DNA of 64,000 bases from an uncultured virus (IMG/VR IMGVR_UViG_3300019135_000021) (IMGVR_UViG_3300019135_000021); one strand, 5' to 3'. Counted from the first letter of the stretch, positions 9,637 through 19,150 are shown. Translations and numbers: made by a program. Notes: generated by a model not told the origin, from the letters alone.

Positions 9637-9684
9637 TGAATAGTTTTAAACTCCAATTTGGAGTTTTAGGAGGGGAGTATACAA

Positions 9685-9906
9685 ATGATCAAGGTTTACA
9701 CAATAGGTCATGAGATACCAAAAAAAATTAAGTCCTGCATTTCTGAATGGAATTACTGGAATTGGATTGTTACTGCAAATACACCGAAGAAAAACAAGGA
9801 TGCTAAAGAGATCATTAACAAAATTGAGCCTGATGCTGATAAAGTTGCAGTATTTAAGAACGGCGATGTTGATGTTTATGTTAGCTACATGTTTCCCGTT
9901 AAGTAG
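9685..9906 (+). CDS. hypothetical phage protein
   Basis: strong GGAGGGGAG RBS. Confidence 0.7.
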   Translation: MIKVYTIGHEIPKKIKSCISEWNYWNWIVTANTPKKNKDAKEIINKIEPDADKVAVFKNGDVDVYVSYMFPVK

Positions 9907-9956
9907 CTTTAAATAAAAGAAGCATTTTAACATAACAGGCAGCGGAAGAAGAGCGG

Positions 9957-10151
9957 TTAAATACTCTTCTTCATCCCGCAGCGGCGACATTCCCGCAAGA
10001 ATATGCCGTCCTTAACTGAGCTTTTAAACAAGGTATTGTCACAATTGTCACATCGGCCATGATGAGCATCTGGATATTCTTTGTAGTCGTAGACAATAGA
10101 AGTATCATAACCCTTTGTTTCAAACTCTCTCTCCATGAAAATCACCTTCAA
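9957..10151 (-). CDS. small Zn-ribbon protein
   Basis: CDNC...CRRC; likely start ATG near 10136. Confidence 0.65.
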   Translation of the reverse strand: MKVIFMEREFETKGYDTSIVYDYKEYPDAHHGRCDNCDNTLFKSSVKDGIFLRECRRCGMKKSI

Positions 10152-10229
10152 AAAATAAAGTCAGCTTTATAAGAATAGCAAATTTCGAAATCCAAATACA
10201 GATCAATATCAAAGAAATGAGGAGACAAA

Positions 10230-10682
10230 ATGAAACTGCCCAAAGTCAAAATTGAAATCGAATGGAATGAGCTTAACAGTGATAAAAGGATTGAAGATAT
10301 TGAAGGTTTGATGGAAGTAAACAAATTAAACAACAATGATTTCAGCTACTTTTTTGAATTGCATGAAGATGAAAATGCTGTAGTGTTTGTGAATGTTTCA
10401 GGGTATGACCTTGAGGAAGAAGATATTGAAAGTGGCATCGGAAGAGTTTTTCAAACTGAAACAGCAATTATTATCAAAAAAGCGGACAATGTAAAGCTAA
10501 TCAATGAACTACGCTTTCGCGGCGACTATAATGGAGATATGCTTGATGAATTAAACAACTTATTAAAGGATAAACCTGTTTGGACATTAGATGATTTTGA
10601 AAAAGCTGGCGTAAAATTAAATGTTAACGGATATGATCCTTTCGGATATTCTTGGTACGATTACATCGATGATAAAAAATAA
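10230..10682 (+). CDS. hypothetical acidic protein
   Basis: GAGGAG RBS. Confidence 0.75.
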   Translation: MKLPKVKIEIEWNELNSDKRIEDIEGLMEVNKLNNNDFSYFFELHEDENAVVFVNVSGYDLEEEDIESGIGRVFQTETAIIIKKADNVKLINELRFRGDYNGDMLDELNNLLKDKPVWTLDDFEKAGVKLNVNGYDPFGYSWYDYIDDKK

Positions 10683-10803
10683 AGCATTATCATTTTAATC
10701 ATAATTAAAAGTATGAATAAAATATTGATAAGACATAACAGCCGCCGATAATGATTGCGGCCATTTTAATCAGATTAAAACGAATTAAAAGTAAAAATAG
10801 GGA

Positions 10804-10911
10804 ATGGTTGAGCTGACTATAGAAAATTGGAAAGACAGTTTAATTTTTATTGGTGTAATGAGTTTGGGATTGGCTGCGTTTATATTATCTCTTGCTTATT
10901 TTGGACAATAA
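10804..10911 (+). CDS. 35-aa hydrophobic peptide
   Basis: MVELTIENWKDSLIFIGVMSLGLAAFILSLAYFGQ; below the ORF-track cutoff. Confidence 0.4.
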   Translation: MVELTIENWKDSLIFIGVMSLGLAAFILSLAYFGQ

Positions 10912-10996
10912 TTCTTTCCTTTGTTGTATAATGGAACCAAAACAGACGTTTCATATGTCTTACGTTAGTCCTTACTCACCCTTTGTTAAGACAACT

Positions 10997-11010
10997 CGAA
11001 CATAGGTTCA
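10997..11010. promoter_or_regulatory. LexA (SOS/Cheo) box
   Basis: CGAACATAGGTTCA compared with the Bacillus consensus CGAAC-RNRY-GTTC. Confidence 0.65.
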
Positions 11011-11042
11011 TACTTTGGTTGTGACGAAAGGGGAGTCTAATT

Positions 11043-11198
11043 ATGAAAATGGATGAGAAGAGGAGAGAGCTTCAAAAAAAATATAGGGAGGAAATAAAAA
11101 AGAAGAAAAATCACAAAACCTATACTATCGAAACAATAATTGTAATAGCAATTGTTCTGTTGTTTATTGCTTTGAATTTAATAATTGATGAATTTTAG
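11043..11198 (+). CDS. 51-aa basic protein with C-terminal TM helix
   Basis: GGGGAG RBS; MKMDEKRRELQKK...TIIVIAIVLLFIALNLIIDEF. Confidence 0.6.
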   Translation: MKMDEKRRELQKKYREEIKKKKNHKTYTIETIIVIAIVLLFIALNLIIDEF

Positions 11199-11415
11199 CT
11201 TAAATAATCATTTTTATGTTTATGTAGGGTGGGGTTAATTTTGGTATAGAAGTGGTTTATCATTCAGGGTAAGCGGAGAAGATAATGGTTCACTTGGCTA
11301 CATACTTTAATGTCTGGTATAGCCTAACAAATGAGTCATTTTTAGAAAGGGGAAAAATGGCTTAACTTATACTTGAATACAATGAAAATGATTAAATCTA
11401 GAGGAGGGTTCATTT

Positions 11416-11699
11416 ATGATTTATGGATATGCCCGAAAGAGTTCTGAGATACAGAAACCTATGCTGCTTAAAATATTGAAGAACTTAATCAAGCAGGCGC
11501 AGAAAAAGTTTATTGCGAAATTGCTTCTGAAAGCAGAGAGGAAAAGCAAGCCCTCAATGAACTTATAGCCGGCTTAAAAAGTGGTGATGAGGTTTATTTA
11601 CTGGGTTTCAATCATCACTCTAGAAATGAAAGTGAAGTGAAATCAATTTTGGAAGAGATTAAAGCAAGGGGCGCGGAAACCAAAGTATTGACTAAATAA
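11416..11699 (+). pseudogene. frameshifted, truncated serine resolvase (catalytic domain only)
   Basis: MIYGYARKSS start; after a frameshift ...AGAEKVYCE...LKSGDEVYLL...SRN...GAETKVL; GGAGG RBS. Confidence 0.7.
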
Positions 11700-11828
11700 A
11701 GACTGATGAAGATGATATGGTCGAGGATTTTCAAATAAAAACATCGTTTAATTATACGAATTTTTGAATAGAAGAAGGCGTAGGTGTTACAAAAACTTCT
11801 GTCAATATAAAAATGATTTTAGAAAAGA

Positions 11829-12686
11829 GTGAAAATGATGATTTACCGAGATATAATCTATTTTAATGCAGATAAGATTCAATCAATCCTTGCCCAATTA
11901 AATAAGGGAGTTGTTGAATCACTTGTTGAAACAAAAGAACGAAATCATGAAGTTGAAGGAATAGCCAAAACAAGTAAAGTGCTCGAATTTTTGGGATTTC
12001 CCTTTTCAACAGAAGGAAATTATAGATACAATAATGCAAAAGGATTGCAAGAAGAAAAAATTCTTCATGATTTCGCTTTAACTGAACTACTTAAAATTCT
12101 TCCTTGTAAAGATGCCTCAAAGTTAGATAGGAGTCAGTTGGGAAGAAATGATAGAGTGTTTGTAAAAGTAAAAGGGAAATTATCAATCTATGATTATAGA
12201 GATTTAAAGGATACATTGGAGAAGGTCGGAGCAGTTGCAAAGTTAATAAATAGTGAGGAACAAAGTAAGAGCGATCTAAATGATTTTGCTGAGTTTATTG
12301 GCAGTGTTTACTCAGATTTAATGACAATAGAAATAAGAAATCAAAAAGAAATAAATTTCATAGGCGCTGTTAATTCAGATTTCCTGAGAGAAACAATGCG
12401 AAATATGGTTTATAAATATGGATCTAAGCCAATAGGTGATTGGGAAATGATTTGTCAAATTACAAGACTTCCAAAAAACAGGGCGGGAAATTTAGAAGAT
12501 ATGTTTAGGGACTTTGGCAAAGATATTAATACTGAGAACTTAGGTAAAGAAAAGTCTTTAGAGAGATTTTTAAATGAAATACTAAAAGAGTTTTCCAAAA
12601 TAAATGACATGTTTGCATCAGTGTCATATCCGAATATCGCAGTTGAACCAATTGCTGTATATCAAGAAATTAATATAAAAAAGTAA
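11829..12686 (+). CDS. DUF6414-like hypothetical protein
   Basis: N-terminal RDIIYFNADKIQSILAQL and C-terminal VEPIAVYQE; family assigned from recall. Confidence 0.55.
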   Translation: MKMMIYRDIIYFNADKIQSILAQLNKGVVESLVETKERNHEVEGIAKTSKVLEFLGFPFSTEGNYRYNNAKGLQEEKILHDFALTELLKILPCKDASKLDRSQLGRNDRVFVKVKGKLSIYDYRDLKDTLEKVGAVAKLINSEEQSKSDLNDFAEFIGSVYSDLMTIEIRNQKEINFIGAVNSDFLRETMRNMVYKYGSKPIGDWEMICQITRLPKNRAGNLEDMFRDFGKDINTENLGKEKSLERFLNEILKEFSKINDMFASVSYPNIAVEPIAVYQEINIKK

Positions 12687-12712
12687 GCAAATGTTAAAAG
12701 GAGATTGAACAA

Positions 12713-14119
12713 ATGCAGGATGTTAGTGTATTTATTTCTTATAGCTGGACAAACGATGAATTAGTGGATTGGGTACGAGAAGAGCTGGCAACAAGGTTAA
12801 GTAATGACGGAATTGAAGTCATTCTTGACCAGTGGGATTTAAAAGAAGGTCAAGATGTATATCTTTTTATGGAATCGATGGTCAATAACTCTGAAATAAA
12901 TAAAGTTTTGGTTATCTGTGATAAGGGGTATAAGTTAAAAGCAGATTCTCGTCAAGGTGGAGTAGGAACTGAAACTCAAATTATTACACCCGAAATATAT
13001 AAAGATGCAAAGCAAGAAAAGTTCATACCAGTGATCTTCGAAAGAGATGAGCAAGGAAATGATTTTATACCAACTTTTATGAGTGGAAGAAAATACATAG
13101 ATCTATCAGGGGATTTATTCTATGAAAACTACGAACAATTACTGAGAATAATTTATGAAAGACCATTACATAGAAAACCTAAAAAAGGTAACCCACCAGC
13201 ACACCTTTTTGAAGATGAACAAATCAACCACTACAAATTTAGTTTTATTTTAAAACAACTTCTAATTGATGTGTCCAAAGGAAAGAGTGAAAATGCTGTA
13301 AGTAAGGCAAAACAATTCAAGAATGAATTTATAGGCACATTAAGAGAGTTCTCTATTGTAGATATTAAACACGGCCAATTGTATCAAGAGGTTAACAATA
13401 AAATAGATGATATGCTTATATTGAAAAATGACTATGTTGAATTTATTCAACTCTTATCACAATATAATTTATTAAATGTTGAGTTTTTAATAGAATTTTT
13501 CGAAGAATTTCATAATACAGTTATGGAAATAAAAGCGGAAATTAGTAGCTATTATGACGCTCAATTTGATCATTTTAATTTTCTCATTAGAGAAATCTTC
13601 CTTTACACAATTGCATCTCTAATAAAAACAGCAAATTATGAAATATTAGGGGAATTACTGCACTCTCGTTTTTTTGTATTTAAAGATTTTGTTGCAGATG
13701 GAATAGAAGGAACTAATTTTGAGGTTTTTAATCATTATATTCCTTCTCAAACAGATAGAAATAATAATGGGCTTCTAAAACTGAATGAGAGATTGAGCAA
13801 AGGTTTTTCTAAAACAGAGATTGCCAATGCAGATGTTTTACTTTACTATATTTCTGCTTTAATGAAAGAAAATAGTCGTTTATGGTTCCCTTTTTCTTAT
13901 ATTTATTTAAAAGGAAAAGTTACTTTACTTCAAAAAATGGAATCCACAAGACATTTTGAAAAAGTGAAAAAGATTTTTGATGTAAGTAGCAAAGAAGAAT
14001 TTCTTCATAAAGTAAAGAATTTTAATAATCCAATGAAGGAGGGCTATGGCGGTTTTAATGGCTCGATACCAGATATAACAGATAATATCAAGCTAGAGGA
14101 TATTTGTAAATATAGATAA
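12713..14119 (+). CDS. SEFIR/TIR-domain protein, putative antiphage effector
   Basis: VFISYSW...LDQWDLKEGQD...KVLVICDKGYKLKAD...GGVGTE...KFIPV. Confidence 0.85.
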   Translation: MQDVSVFISYSWTNDELVDWVREELATRLSNDGIEVILDQWDLKEGQDVYLFMESMVNNSEINKVLVICDKGYKLKADSRQGGVGTETQIITPEIYKDAKQEKFIPVIFERDEQGNDFIPTFMSGRKYIDLSGDLFYENYEQLLRIIYERPLHRKPKKGNPPAHLFEDEQINHYKFSFILKQLLIDVSKGKSENAVSKAKQFKNEFIGTLREFSIVDIKHGQLYQEVNNKIDDMLILKNDYVEFIQLLSQYNLLNVEFLIEFFEEFHNTVMEIKAEISSYYDAQFDHFNFLIREIFLYTIASLIKTANYEILGELLHSRFFVFKDFVADGIEGTNFEVFNHYIPSQTDRNNNGLLKLNERLSKGFSKTEIANADVLLYYISALMKENSRLWFPFSYIYLKGKVTLLQKMESTRHFEKVKKIFDVSSKEEFLHKVKNFNNPMKEGYGGFNGSIPDITDNIKLEDICKYR

Positions 14120-14244
14120 AATAATTGTTTCATTGAAGGAATGAAAATGAAGCTAAATCAATCCTAGAAGAGATTGAAGCAAAAGGTGCAGAAACAAAGG
14201 TTTTTTGTGAACAGAACTGTGGACTTAAATCGGAGTGAAAGCTA

Positions 14245-14796
14245 TTGACAGACACTATATTAGCAGGAATAATCGGTGCAACAGTTGCAGGAATTGTTCC
14301 GTTCATTATTTATTTACTAACAGAGACTAAGAAAAAGCAAGAGAGAAGATTAGAAGCTTTATACGATATTCACAAGGAGCTTGAATCATTTGTATTTAAA
14401 AGTGATGATCTTAAGTTTGAATTAGAGCGAGCTTCTACTTTTGAAAATTTAATTGAAAAAATTAAAGAGATCAATGAATTCTTTACAACTCATTTTTTTG
14501 ACAAAAAAAGAAAAATGACTCATTCAGCATTATTTATAGATTCCGAGGTATATAATCAAACTTTAGATTTTTTTGAAGAAACTTTTAAAGAACTCAAACA
14601 AATGCAAACGGAATTTGCTTATAAAAAAACTTCCTCAGAACAACCTTCTGAGAAAATTGAACAATATAATAAATTGTATCTATTTGGATTAAGCGCAATT
14701 GGGGACAATGGGGAAAAACTTAATGACTTAATTAAAAATAAAACAAATTATTATTATCAGAAACATTATCCAGCATGGAAGTTTTGGTTAAAATAA
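14245..14796 (+). CDS. membrane-anchored hypothetical protein
   Basis: N-terminal TM helix followed by a helical domain. Confidence 0.7.
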   Translation: MTDTILAGIIGATVAGIVPFIIYLLTETKKKQERRLEALYDIHKELESFVFKSDDLKFELERASTFENLIEKIKEINEFFTTHFFDKKRKMTHSALFIDSEVYNQTLDFFEETFKELKQMQTEFAYKKTSSEQPSEKIEQYNKLYLFGLSAIGDNGEKLNDLIKNKTNYYYQKHYPAWKFWLK

Positions 14797-14823
14797 ATAT
14801 TTCTAATCATTTGGAGGTGTTTC

Positions 14824-15039
14824 ATGAGAGACGATGAGCGAATTAACAGAATTGCAGGGGTGATTACTCAAATATGGGAGCAGCAGCACGACAAAAGCTT
14901 TTTGCAACTCATTGAGACTTTGAAAAGTGACTACATTATGCGGCAGACTGGATATGTAGAGAAAGAAGTCTTTATTAGGGATGATGAGTTTGAGATGTTC
15001 CTAAAAGAGCATCTTAATAACGTAATAGGAGAGAGGTAG
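14824..15039 (+). CDS. hypothetical phage protein
   Basis: GGAGGTG RBS; MRDxxRI motif. Confidence 0.7.
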   Translation: MRDDERINRIAGVITQIWEQQHDKSFLQLIETLKSDYIMRQTGYVEKEVFIRDDEFEMFLKEHLNNVIGER

Positions 15040-15226
15040 ACTTAACAATAAAATTGTTCCTTTTATACATGAAAGGAAATACATTGATAAAAATGATTAT
15101 ATTGTAACAAAAGGTGTTTACATACATTATACTATAGGTTAATATAATCTTGTGTTTTAGTGAGAAGGGGGGGAATGAGGTTATTTATTTGAATTTTTAA
15201 ATATTGTTTGTGAGAAGGAAGCCTGA

Positions 15227-16159
15227 ATGAAAAGATCGAAGATTGTGTTTCTATTTGTTTCTTGCTTATTTGTGATTTTTGCAGTTGGCTTATATTTGAT
15301 GTGTATTGGTGATATTTCTAAAGATAGGAGTGCTACATCTAGTACAAATAAGAAAGAAGACCTGATGTGGAGGTATGAAATTATTGGCCAAGAAGCGCGC
15401 AATAATGATACAGAGCCTGTCAAAATAGCTATTCTTGATAGTGGCATTAATAAGTCACATAAAGAGTTTAATAATATAACCTTTTATGAATACAATGCTA
15501 TTGCCCCTAGTAAATCCGTTAAAGATGAGTATGGTCACGGTACAGCAATTGCTGGAATAATAGCTGCAGGCGGTGAAGAGATAAAAGGGATTTCACAGAA
15601 TGCTACTTTATATGATGTTAAAGTACTAGATAGTAGTGGCAAAGGCAAAGTTAAGGATGTTGTTAGGGGAATCAATTGGTGTATTGAACAAAAAATAGAC
15701 ATTATTAATATAAGCTTTGGATTTGAAAAAGACTACGATGACTTGCGTAATGCTATTAACAATGCTTTACATAACAACATAATTATTACTGCTGCCTCTG
15801 GAAATACTTTAGGCCTTACTGTTGAATACCCAGCGAAATATAGAGGAGTCTTATCTATTTCCTCTTTTGATGAAAAATTGAAAATTGATCCGGTATCAGC
15901 AAAAGGCAAAATTGATTTTTCAGCTCCAGGAGTAAATATAAAATCAATAAATAAAGACGGAAGTTATATAAAGGTAGGAGGCACATCCTTTGCAACTGCG
16001 TTTGCAACTGGTGCTATTGGCTGTTTAATTTCAAAAAAGAAAATATCTAAAGAAAATTTTCATCAAACACTCAAGAAGTATGCGGTTGATTTAGGTAGTT
16101 CCGGGTATGACAAAGAGTTTGGTCATGGAATGATTATTTGTAACAAAGGAGAGAAGTAG
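15227..16159 (+). CDS. S8 (subtilisin) serine peptidase, membrane-anchored/secreted
   Basis: Catalytic triad motifs IAILDSG, HGTAIAG, GTSFA; N-terminal hydrophobic segment. Confidence 0.95.
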   Translation: MKRSKIVFLFVSCLFVIFAVGLYLMCIGDISKDRSATSSTNKKEDLMWRYEIIGQEARNNDTEPVKIAILDSGINKSHKEFNNITFYEYNAIAPSKSVKDEYGHGTAIAGIIAAGGEEIKGISQNATLYDVKVLDSSGKGKVKDVVRGINWCIEQKIDIINISFGFEKDYDDLRNAINNALHNNIIITAASGNTLGLTVEYPAKYRGVLSISSFDEKLKIDPVSAKGKIDFSAPGVNIKSINKDGSYIKVGGTSFATAFATGAIGCLISKKKISKENFHQTLKKYAVDLGSSGYDKEFGHGMIICNKGEK

Positions 16160-16160
16160 T

Positions 16161-17021
16161 GTGAAAAAGACTTTAATAAGAATTCTTATATTTACGTTAG
16201 TTTTATCTGGGGTTTTACCTGGGTTTGCAAGCGCAGAAACAATTGAAAATAAAATTGAGAACGATACCAAAACTGTAGGTATTGAAGAAAATACAAATAA
16301 AGCGTATGAAGTAAATGTTGAAAAAGAGTTTGGGGTTGCTCTTGAAAAAGATATTGAGATGGCTGTTGAAGAAAATTCAGATGAAGTGAATGTTACTACT
16401 AAGCTTGAAGCTGAGAATGCTAATATTCAAACTGATATGAATATTAATCAGGAAACCGGTGAAATCACAGTTACTGGTATTAGAGAATTAGAAAACGGTG
16501 AAAAAGAAATTAACCATTACAATGTATTGATTGAAGAGATTGAGGGGACTGATTTTAAAGCTACGTTTGTGGATCAAAAAACGGGCGAACATTATAAAAT
16601 TAGCACCTTAGAAGCTCAAGCTTCCATCGTCCCTGCAATAATAGTTGGAGTTGTTGCTAAGTTTGGTATAAAGTGGGCTATTAAAAAATACGGGAAAAAA
16701 CTTATTATAAAAACATTTAAAAAAACAGCAATTAAGCAGGCTATAAAAAAAGTTTCAAAGTTTTCTGTTAGCAATAAACATCTCAGTAATGCCGGAGGTA
16801 GATACAGAAAATTTAATACTACAAGTAAAAGCACAGTGAATAAATGGATAAAGGAGGCTTTACAATCCAAGAATCTTTCCTTTACTATAAATGATAATAA
16901 AAAATTATCATTTGTCATCACTGCAAATTTAAAAAAGAAAATCGGAACAAAAGGTGAGACAAAAATAAAAATAGTAATAGGATGGGATGGTAAGATATGG
17001 ACGGCGTATCCAATCAAGTAG
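16161..17021 (+). CDS. secreted polymorphic-toxin-like protein
   Basis: Signal peptide ending ASA; acidic pro-region; cationic amphipathic segment; C-terminal H...KIWTAYP nuclease-like end. Confidence 0.65.
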   Translation: MKKTLIRILIFTLVLSGVLPGFASAETIENKIENDTKTVGIEENTNKAYEVNVEKEFGVALEKDIEMAVEENSDEVNVTTKLEAENANIQTDMNINQETGEITVTGIRELENGEKEINHYNVLIEEIEGTDFKATFVDQKTGEHYKISTLEAQASIVPAIIVGVVAKFGIKWAIKKYGKKLIIKTFKKTAIKQAIKKVSKFSVSNKHLSNAGGRYRKFNTTSKSTVNKWIKEALQSKNLSFTINDNKKLSFVITANLKKKIGTKGETKIKIVIGWDGKIWTAYPIK

Positions 17022-17467
17022 AATTTATTTATAAGTTCACATCCGAAGAAGCAGATATCCCAAAAAAAATGAAAAAAGACCCTTCAGCAGCGATGAGAGT
17101 TGAGGGGGAATTTAAAATAAAAATAAATGGAATTGTGTATTTCGAAGAAAATATTGCCCTACTAGAGTTTTACGCTTCTTTGAATGAGTGGATTAAAAAG
17201 ATCAAGAAAAAAAACAAAGTTGTAGAGTATAGATATTACACCATGGAGTATGAGGAGGACGAGCCCATTATTTCATTGATACCATTTGACAATAAGGCTC
17301 GACTAACGACTATTTGGGAAACTCAACAATTATATAATGTATTTGGCCTTAATTACATTATTGAACAAATGGAAATGCTTCATGAAAGACTTGGACGAGA
17401 CATTGAGCACCATTATAAAATTTCATTGAAAAACTTTATTGGAAAGATCCCATTAAGAAAATATTGA
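16997..17467 (+). CDS. putative cognate immunity protein
   Basis: Small cytoplasmic ORF overlapping the toxin stop codon. Confidence 0.55.
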   Translation: MDGVSNQVEFIYKFTSEEADIPKKMKKDPSAAMRVEGEFKIKINGIVYFEENIALLEFYASLNEWIKKIKKKNKVVEYRYYTMEYEEDEPIISLIPFDNKARLTTIWETQQLYNVFGLNYIIEQMEMLHERLGRDIEHHYKISLKNFIGKIPLRKY

Positions 17468-17514
17468 TTGAAGAAAAGAAGCCTTTGTTTTTTAGGGCTT
17501 CTTTTCTTCAATCA
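17465..17514. terminator. intrinsic terminator, possibly bidirectional
   Basis: TGATTGAAGAAAAGAAGCC...GGCTTCTTTTCTTCAATCA long inverted repeat. Confidence 0.85.
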
Positions 17515-17587
17515 TCAGTTATAGTGAAAAGAACTATGTAACGCTTATAAAATACGAATTTTATTAAAACTAATTAAAAGAAATATA

Positions 17588-17616
17588 TTGACCGTTTGGA
17601 TTTAGAATGCTATTAT
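17588..17616 (+). promoter_or_regulatory. aimR promoter
   Basis: TTGACC-17bp-TATTAT with extended TG. Confidence 0.65.
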
Positions 17617-17639
17617 AAACATATATTCTAAGGGGAAAC

Positions 17640-18809
17640 GTGGTGAAAGAATTGGAGTTGAAAAATTTTTTAAAGAATAAATGTGAAGAAGAACGCGGAC
17701 TCGAAAAGGAGCTTGCACGAATAGCAGGATACTCTAACTCGTCAGGCTTTCATCATTTCATTTACAATGAAAAGAAAGAAATGGATAATATTCAAGGTAT
17801 CATTGACGTGATTCAGAAGATTTCCCCGGAATATGAGTTTGATTTAATGAGTGAATACATATTTACATTAGACATAAATAAATCTGCAGCAAGGCAAGGC
17901 TTAGAATATCTTAGTGTAAATCAGCTATATGACACTCTAGATAAACATATTAAGAAAATGGTGTCTGCAAAGAATTCAGTTAGTAAAGAATGGGGAAAAG
18001 TCTATGCAGCCCAAAGAGAGCTAGACAAAGGCAACATTGGTATTGAAGAGTGCATTAGGCTGTTGGCTGAAATCCAACCCAAATCATCTGAAATGAAGGT
18101 TTACTCTAGGATTATCCCCATGTATGCCATACTACCTTTAAAGCAATTTGGTAGATTAAAAGATATGAGTGATAGTGTCTTGATTGACACAATCAGTAAT
18201 CAAAATTATGTTTATCATTCGTTTAAGAGTCGCTATATGCTATTACTGGCAAACTGCTTCTTTGGAAACAATGAGATTGAGAAAGCACAAGAATACGCAA
18301 GACATGGGATAGAGAATTCAAATGTGAAGAGGATCATTTTTTTCTCATACCTCACGTATGGAAGTTCTTTAATGTTAGATGATTACGAGAAATCAAAAAG
18401 CAGTTTTTTGAAAGGTTTAGAAGTTGGCAAAGGAAACAAAATTTATGAGCAACATGCGATTAGAAATCTTTGTTTCCTAGAAAATCTATGGGGGAAAGAG
18501 AATCAATATTTGAATATACAATCTAATGAAATAATAGATAGGCAAGAAGTTGTTCATTATCTTATAAGAAAAGGTTCTAAGCAACAGGCCAAAAAAATGC
18601 TTGACCAGTTAGATCTCATGGAGCACGATGATAACGATCTGGGATTACATTATTATTTAAAGGGACTTTTGGAAAGCTCTCGCGAATATTTTTTAGAATC
18701 AGTCAAATATTTTAAATTAAGTGGTGATAAGTTTTCCTGCACCCTTCCAATAATTGAACTCGAAAAGTTAGGTGTTGAAAAACAAATTTTAGAGATAATA
18801 TCAATTTGA
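17640..18809 (+). CDS. aimR: arbitrium receptor AimR (HTH + TPR, RRNPP family)
   Basis: 389 aa; N-terminal LARIAGYSNSSG HTH; TPR-like helices; C-terminal YFKLSGDKF...ELEKLG; followed by a signal-peptide ORF. Confidence 0.92.
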   Translation: MVKELELKNFLKNKCEEERGLEKELARIAGYSNSSGFHHFIYNEKKEMDNIQGIIDVIQKISPEYEFDLMSEYIFTLDINKSAARQGLEYLSVNQLYDTLDKHIKKMVSAKNSVSKEWGKVYAAQRELDKGNIGIEECIRLLAEIQPKSSEMKVYSRIIPMYAILPLKQFGRLKDMSDSVLIDTISNQNYVYHSFKSRYMLLLANCFFGNNEIEKAQEYARHGIENSNVKRIIFFSYLTYGSSLMLDDYEKSKSSFLKGLEVGKGNKIYEQHAIRNLCFLENLWGKENQYLNIQSNEIIDRQEVVHYLIRKGSKQQAKKMLDQLDLMEHDDNDLGLHYYLKGLLESSREYFLESVKYFKLSGDKFSCTLPIIELEKLGVEKQILEIISI

Positions 18810-18840
18810 TTCTAGACTGCATTGAAAGGAGGTGAAGAAT

Positions 18841-18954
18841 ATGAAAAAGTTGTTCGTTGGAATTGTTGTATCCGTTTCTCTTTTAGCTGTCGGTATTGCT
18901 GCAGCTCAAGTTAACAGTGGATTCTCTGTTGCAGGTTTTACTGTAGGGGCGTAA
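18841..18954 (+). CDS. aimP: arbitrium pro-peptide AimP, predicted mature GFTVGA
   Basis: AAGGAGGTG RBS; MKKLFVGIVVSVSLLAVGIAAAQVNSGFSVAGFTVGA*; missing from the ORF track. Confidence 0.92.
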   Translation: MKKLFVGIVVSVSLLAVGIAAAQVNSGFSVAGFTVGA

Positions 18955-18991
18955 TACATAACAATTAAAAGTTTAGTTTCACTACATAATT

Positions 18992-19024
18992 AGACGTTTG
19001 ACTCTTTTGAGTTAAGCGTCTTTT
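18992..19024 (+). terminator. aimP terminator
   Basis: AGACGTTTGACTC-TTTT-GAGTTAAGCGTCT followed by a T-run. Confidence 0.75.
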
Positions 19025-19150
19025 CCATTTTAAAGAGTTTTTTATCAAAATTGCAATTATTCTTTTCAGTAAATTTTCATAGTTCAGTTAACACATTCAA
19101 AAAAATAATAAAGAATGTGTTATTTGTCGTGGAAAAATAAACTAAAAGGG

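Noticed and set aside
321..9929. Junction repeats as a CRISPR array
   Set aside because: The repeats are 16 bp with variable cores, are separated by whole genes, and no cas genes are present.
16616..17017. Minus-strand ORFs shadowing + strand genes (also 5449..5823, 21987..22391, 42534..42896 and others)
   Set aside because: They are antisense to well-supported genes and lack RBSs or recognisable motifs.
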